From assembly GCA_039178995.1 (NCBI GenBank), contig JBCDEX010000003.1, forward strand, positions 1 to 35,052: a stretch of DNA of 35,052 nucleotides. Direction: 5' to 3'. The number at the start of each line of letters is the position of its first letter. Position 1 is the first letter of the stretch. Positions 31,672 to 35,052 of this stretch are shown here, in pieces. The stretch is from Pseudomonadota bacterium. Its GTDB lineage: Bacteria; Pseudomonadota; Gammaproteobacteria; Pseudomonadales; JBCDEX01. The notes below the pieces were generated by a model. It saw only the letters and a list, made by a program, of their open reading frames with translations, was not told the DNA's origin and searched no databases. Both the position numbers and the translations under genes were made by a program.

Positions 31672-33570
31672 ATGAAATCATCAAATGAATACAACGCAGA
31701 TGCCATTGAGGTTCTAACGGGCCTGGATCCAGTGCGTAAGCGCCCAGGCATGTATACGGACACAGCACGACCGAATCATTTGGCTCAGGAAGCGATTGAT
31801 AATAGTGTGGATGAAGCGCTTGCGGGTCACGCTAAGTGCATTGAGGTGGTTTTGCACAAAGACGGTTCGTTAAGTTGTACCGATGACGGTCGCGGCATGC
31901 CGGTGGATATTCATCCAGAGATGGGGTTGCCAGGAGTTGAAGTGATACTGAGTACACTGCATGCAGGCGGTAAGTTCTCGAACGATAACTACCAAATTTC
32001 AGGTGGATTGCACGGCGTGGGTGTGTCCGTGGTCAATGCGTTGTCGTCCAGGTTAGACGTGACGGTGCGTCGTGGTGGGCAGGTACATCAAATTGTGTTC
32101 GCGGACGGCGAAAAGCAAAGCGATTTAAATGTGATTGGCAAGTGTGCAAAGAAAGATACGGGTACGCGCGTTCATTTTTGGCCTGATGCTCAGTATTTTG
32201 ACAGTGTGAAATTCTCGTTGACGCGCCTGCGTCATGTGTTAAAGGCCAAAGCGGTGCTGTGTTCTAGATTGACGGTGCGCTTGGTGGATGAGTCTTCGAG
32301 TGACACGGATGAGTGGTTGTTTGAAGAAGGTTTAACAGACTATTTGCAAGACAGTACTAAAGAGTATGAGGTGTTGCCTGCGGTGCCGTTTGTGGGTAGT
32401 GAATCGTTGAAAGGCGAAGGCGCTGAATGGGCGGTGCAGTGGTTGCCCGAAGGCGGAGAGGTGTTGGCGGAAAGTTATGTGAATTTGATTCCGACTGCGC
32501 AAGGTGGCACTCATGTAAATGGCTTGCGAACCGGTTTGTTGGAAGCGTTACGTGAGTATTGTGAAATTCGAAATGTGTTACCACGTGGTGTTAAGTTAAC
32601 CCCAGACGATATTTGGGAGCGCTGTTGTTATGTGCTATCGGCTAAGTTGTTGGACCCTCAGTTTTCAGGGCAGACAAAAGAGCGGTTGTCGTCGCGTGAG
32701 TGTGCGGGCATGGTCACTAATATGACCCGGGATGCTTTTAGTTTGTGGCTTAATCAGCACACCGAAGAAGCGGACAAAATTGTTGAAATGGCCATTGCCA
32801 ATGCGCAAAACCGCCTCAAGAAAAGCAAGCAAGTGGTGCGTAAGAAAATCACGCAAGGGCCTGCATTGCCTGGTAAACTGGCGGATTGTTCTGAGTCGGA
32901 TTCGATGGACGGTGAATTGTTTTTGGTTGAAGGTGACTCGGCGGGCGGGTCTGCAAAACAAGCTAGAGACCGCCGTTTTCAGGCGATCATGCCGCTGCGA
33001 GGTAAAATACTGAATACATGGGAAGTGGCGTCGGATCAAGTATTGAGTTCGCAAGAAGTGCACGACATTGGTGTGGCGATTGGGATTGATCCTGGCTCCG
33101 ATGATTTGTCCGGGCTGCGTTATGGCAAAGTCTGCATATTGGCCGATGCCGACTCAGATGGGTTACACATCGCTACGTTGCTGTGTGCGTTGTTCACCCG
33201 TCATTTTTCCCATTTGGTTGAAGCGGGGCATGTGTTTGTTGCTATGCCGCCGCTGTACCGTGTGGATGTTGGCAAGGAAGTGTTTTATGCCTTGGACGAA
33301 TCGGAAAAAGACCAATTTTTGCAGCGCATTGAGCATGAGAAAAAGCGTGGCAAGGTCATGGTGACTCGCTTTAAGGGTTTGGGTGAAATGAACCCAGCTC
33401 AACTTCGAGAGACGGTGATGAACCGTGATACGCGGAAATTGCTTCAGTTAACGATGCAGGATGCGCAAGACACGTTTGAATTGATGGACATGTTGTTGGC
33501 TAAAAAACGCTCTCCTGATCGCAAATCTTGGCTTGAAGATAAGGGCGATTTGGCTCGATTAGACATATAG
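31672..33570 (+). CDS. parE: DNA topoisomerase IV subunit B
   Basis: LDPVRKRPGMYTDT, NHLAQE, LHAGGKF, LVEGDSAGGS, DADSDG, RFKGLGEM; 632 aa, lacking the GyrB insert. Confidence 0.97.
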   Translation: MKSSNEYNADAIEVLTGLDPVRKRPGMYTDTARPNHLAQEAIDNSVDEALAGHAKCIEVVLHKDGSLSCTDDGRGMPVDIHPEMGLPGVEVILSTLHAGGKFSNDNYQISGGLHGVGVSVVNALSSRLDVTVRRGGQVHQIVFADGEKQSDLNVIGKCAKKDTGTRVHFWPDAQYFDSVKFSLTRLRHVLKAKAVLCSRLTVRLVDESSSDTDEWLFEEGLTDYLQDSTKEYEVLPAVPFVGSESLKGEGAEWAVQWLPEGGEVLAESYVNLIPTAQGGTHVNGLRTGLLEALREYCEIRNVLPRGVKLTPDDIWERCCYVLSAKLLDPQFSGQTKERLSSRECAGMVTNMTRDAFSLWLNQHTEEADKIVEMAIANAQNRLKKSKQVVRKKITQGPALPGKLADCSESDSMDGELFLVEGDSAGGSAKQARDRRFQAIMPLRGKILNTWEVASDQVLSSQEVHDIGVAIGIDPGSDDLSGLRYGKVCILADADSDGLHIATLLCALFTRHFSHLVEAGHVFVAMPPLYRVDVGKEVFYALDESEKDQFLQRIEHEKKRGKVMVTRFKGLGEMNPAQLRETVMNRDTRKLLQLTMQDAQDTFELMDMLLAKKRSPDRKSWLEDKGDLARLDI

Positions 33571-33649
33571 TTTGCTATATTGGATATATAAAAACAGGCA
33601 ATATTGTATTAATTATTTTATCAACGCTTGCATCAAAACGGCTTCACAC

Positions 33650-34048
33650 ATGACATCAAAAGTATTTCATTCCTCGGTACAAATTTACTACGAAGACACG
33701 GATCATTCGGGTGTGGTGTATCACCCGAACTTTCTTAAGTACTTTGAGCGCGCGCGTGAGCATGTGATCGGCAGTGGCTTGCTGGCGCAGTTGTGGAACG
33801 AAGAGGGGCTTGGGTTTGCGGTGTATAAGGCAGACAGTACGTTCCAGGACGGTGTTGAATTTGCCGATGTGTGTGATATTCGCAGTAGCTTCAGTGTTGA
33901 TGGTCCGTATCGAACGCTGTGGCATCAAGAGCTTTGGCGTCCAAATGCAAAGCGAGCCGCGGTCATTGCGGAGATTCAAATGGTGTGTATGGGCAAGGAC
34001 AAGCAATTAAAGCACATTCCACAAGTAGTCTTGGATTTGCTGGACTAG
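33650..34048 (+). CDS. YbgC/4HBT-family thioesterase, closely resembling pfa-cluster Orf6 (PfaT)
   Basis: VQIYYEDTDHSGVVYHPNFLKYFERAREH...GLGFAVYKA...FQDGVEFA.VCDIR...WRPNA, which I recall as the Photobacterium profundum Orf6 signature; start set at ATG 33650. Confidence 0.85.
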   Translation: MTSKVFHSSVQIYYEDTDHSGVVYHPNFLKYFERAREHVIGSGLLAQLWNEEGLGFAVYKADSTFQDGVEFADVCDIRSSFSVDGPYRTLWHQELWRPNAKRAAVIAEIQMVCMGKDKQLKHIPQVVLDLLD

Positions 34049-34861
34049 CGTGTGCTGTTGGCTGTTGGCTGTTGGAAGCGGCAGCGAGGTTTCGATGAAT
34101 GGGGTCATGTTGTGCATGGTGTTCTGTGCGATAAAGCAGCGAATGCTCATGGCTTGGCTGGGCAGTTTGTCGAGCGTGTGAATGCTGAGAGCGCCGCGGT
34201 GAACGTCGCCTAATTGCAGTAAGCTGCTGTGCCAGTGATCGGTTTGATCGTTGCGATCCTCCCTAAATGTCAGTCGAACGTTTGAATTGATGAGGCTGTC
34301 AGTGCTACGATCCACGTGAAAGCTAAAGGAGTCTAAGGGAATGGACAGACCGACTCCGCAGGCCTTGATGTACGATTCTTTCAATGTCCAATAATCAAAA
34401 AAGTGGTTTTCTTGTTGCGCAATAGGCAGTGCGTGCAGTTCTTCGAGTTCGTGGCATGAAAAATAGCGATCTGCAATGTTGATGGTGTCGCTGTTTCTAA
34501 GAGTGTGTTCAACGTCGACTCCGATGGCGTAATGCTGGCTTAGTGCGAGGGCAATGAGGTTGTGGGTATGGCTTACATTAAAATGTAAAGGCTGATGCCC
34601 ATTGCTTAGGTAAGGTTTGCCTTTTTCTCCAGTATCAAATACCCACTCTTCTGGAGCTGAGCTGCCCAAATAGTGACTGCAAGCGATTCGTAGTAGGTAT
34701 CGGCTGAGGATGGATTGTTGTCGATCGGTGTGGAGTCTATAACGATTTGCCTTGTTTAGCTCGTTTTTGCTTAAGATGTTTGATAGATTGTTGAGCACAG
34801 CGGGTGGTAGTAGATGAGGCGTTTGGCAGAAAAGAATGTGCACTTCGTTTTTAGGGATCAT
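34007..34861 (-). CDS. pfaE: Sfp-type 4'-phosphopantetheinyl transferase (PfaE-like)
   Basis: LLRIACSHY, EKGKP, FNVSH, GVDVE, FFDYWTLKESYIKA; next to the Orf6-like thioesterase. The PPTase call is secure; the pfaE name rests on context. Confidence 0.8.
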   Translation of the reverse strand: MIPKNEVHILFCQTPHLLPPAVLNNLSNILSKNELNKANRYRLHTDRQQSILSRYLLRIACSHYLGSSAPEEWVFDTGEKGKPYLSNGHQPLHFNVSHTHNLIALALSQHYAIGVDVEHTLRNSDTINIADRYFSCHELEELHALPIAQQENHFFDYWTLKESYIKACGVGLSIPLDSFSFHVDRSTDSLINSNVRLTFREDRNDQTDHWHSSLLQLGDVHRGALSIHTLDKLPSQAMSIRCFIAQNTMHNMTPFIETSLPLPTANSQQHTLVQQIQDYLWNVL

Positions 34862-34993
34862 ATATCAGCTCTGTGATGTGTCATAAACGCTCGGTTTAAA
34901 TTGCCTGTTGTGAAGTGTGCATGCTGAGTTAAATTGTTGAAGAAAAACATAGCAATAAAGTATAGTTTTAAAAGGGTTTCATCTGGTATGTGC

Positions 34994-35013
34994 TAGTGTA
35001 TAAGTATACACTA
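34994..35013. promoter_or_regulatory. Perfect inverted repeat, FabR/DesT-like (TetR) operator
   Basis: TAGTGTATA-AG-TATACACTA; same geometry as the FabR consensus AGCGTACA-NN-TGTACGCT. Confidence 0.6.
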
Positions 35014-35052
35014 AAGAGATAAAAAGAGAGTAAGCTCATACGTTATCGCGTC

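Overview
Mostly core chromosome of a probably marine gammaproteobacterium. HisZ, a HAD-type histidinol-phosphatase beside rppH, RhdA, ThiO and an endonuclease-type MutL point to a Pseudomonadales/Oceanospirillales/Cellvibrionales-like lineage (inference). Order: divergent thiolase / FabG4-type reductase + MaoC dehydratase; orphan gcvH; HAD phosphatase; rppH; TPP-riboswitch thiC-thiO-thiS-thiG followed by two PaaI thioesterases; orphan YfiR-family gene; rsgA-rhdA-psd-oxidoreductase; orn; a solitary AT-rich type IV pilin; queG; tsaE-amiB-mutL-miaA-hfq-hflK-hflC-hisZ-purA (no nnr, hflX or DUF2065); waaA; TolC with a ~150-aa basic Pro/Lys tail; DUF1249; parE. The best lead is at the right edge: an Orf6/PfaT-like thioesterase, a PfaE-like phosphopantetheinyl transferase and a perfect FabR-like palindrome suggest an omega-3 PUFA synthase (pfa) cluster begins just beyond the window, in a lineage outside the classic producers. 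No tRNA, rRNA, CRISPR or mobile element was seen. Homology and synteny calls come from motif recognition and memory; no searches were run.
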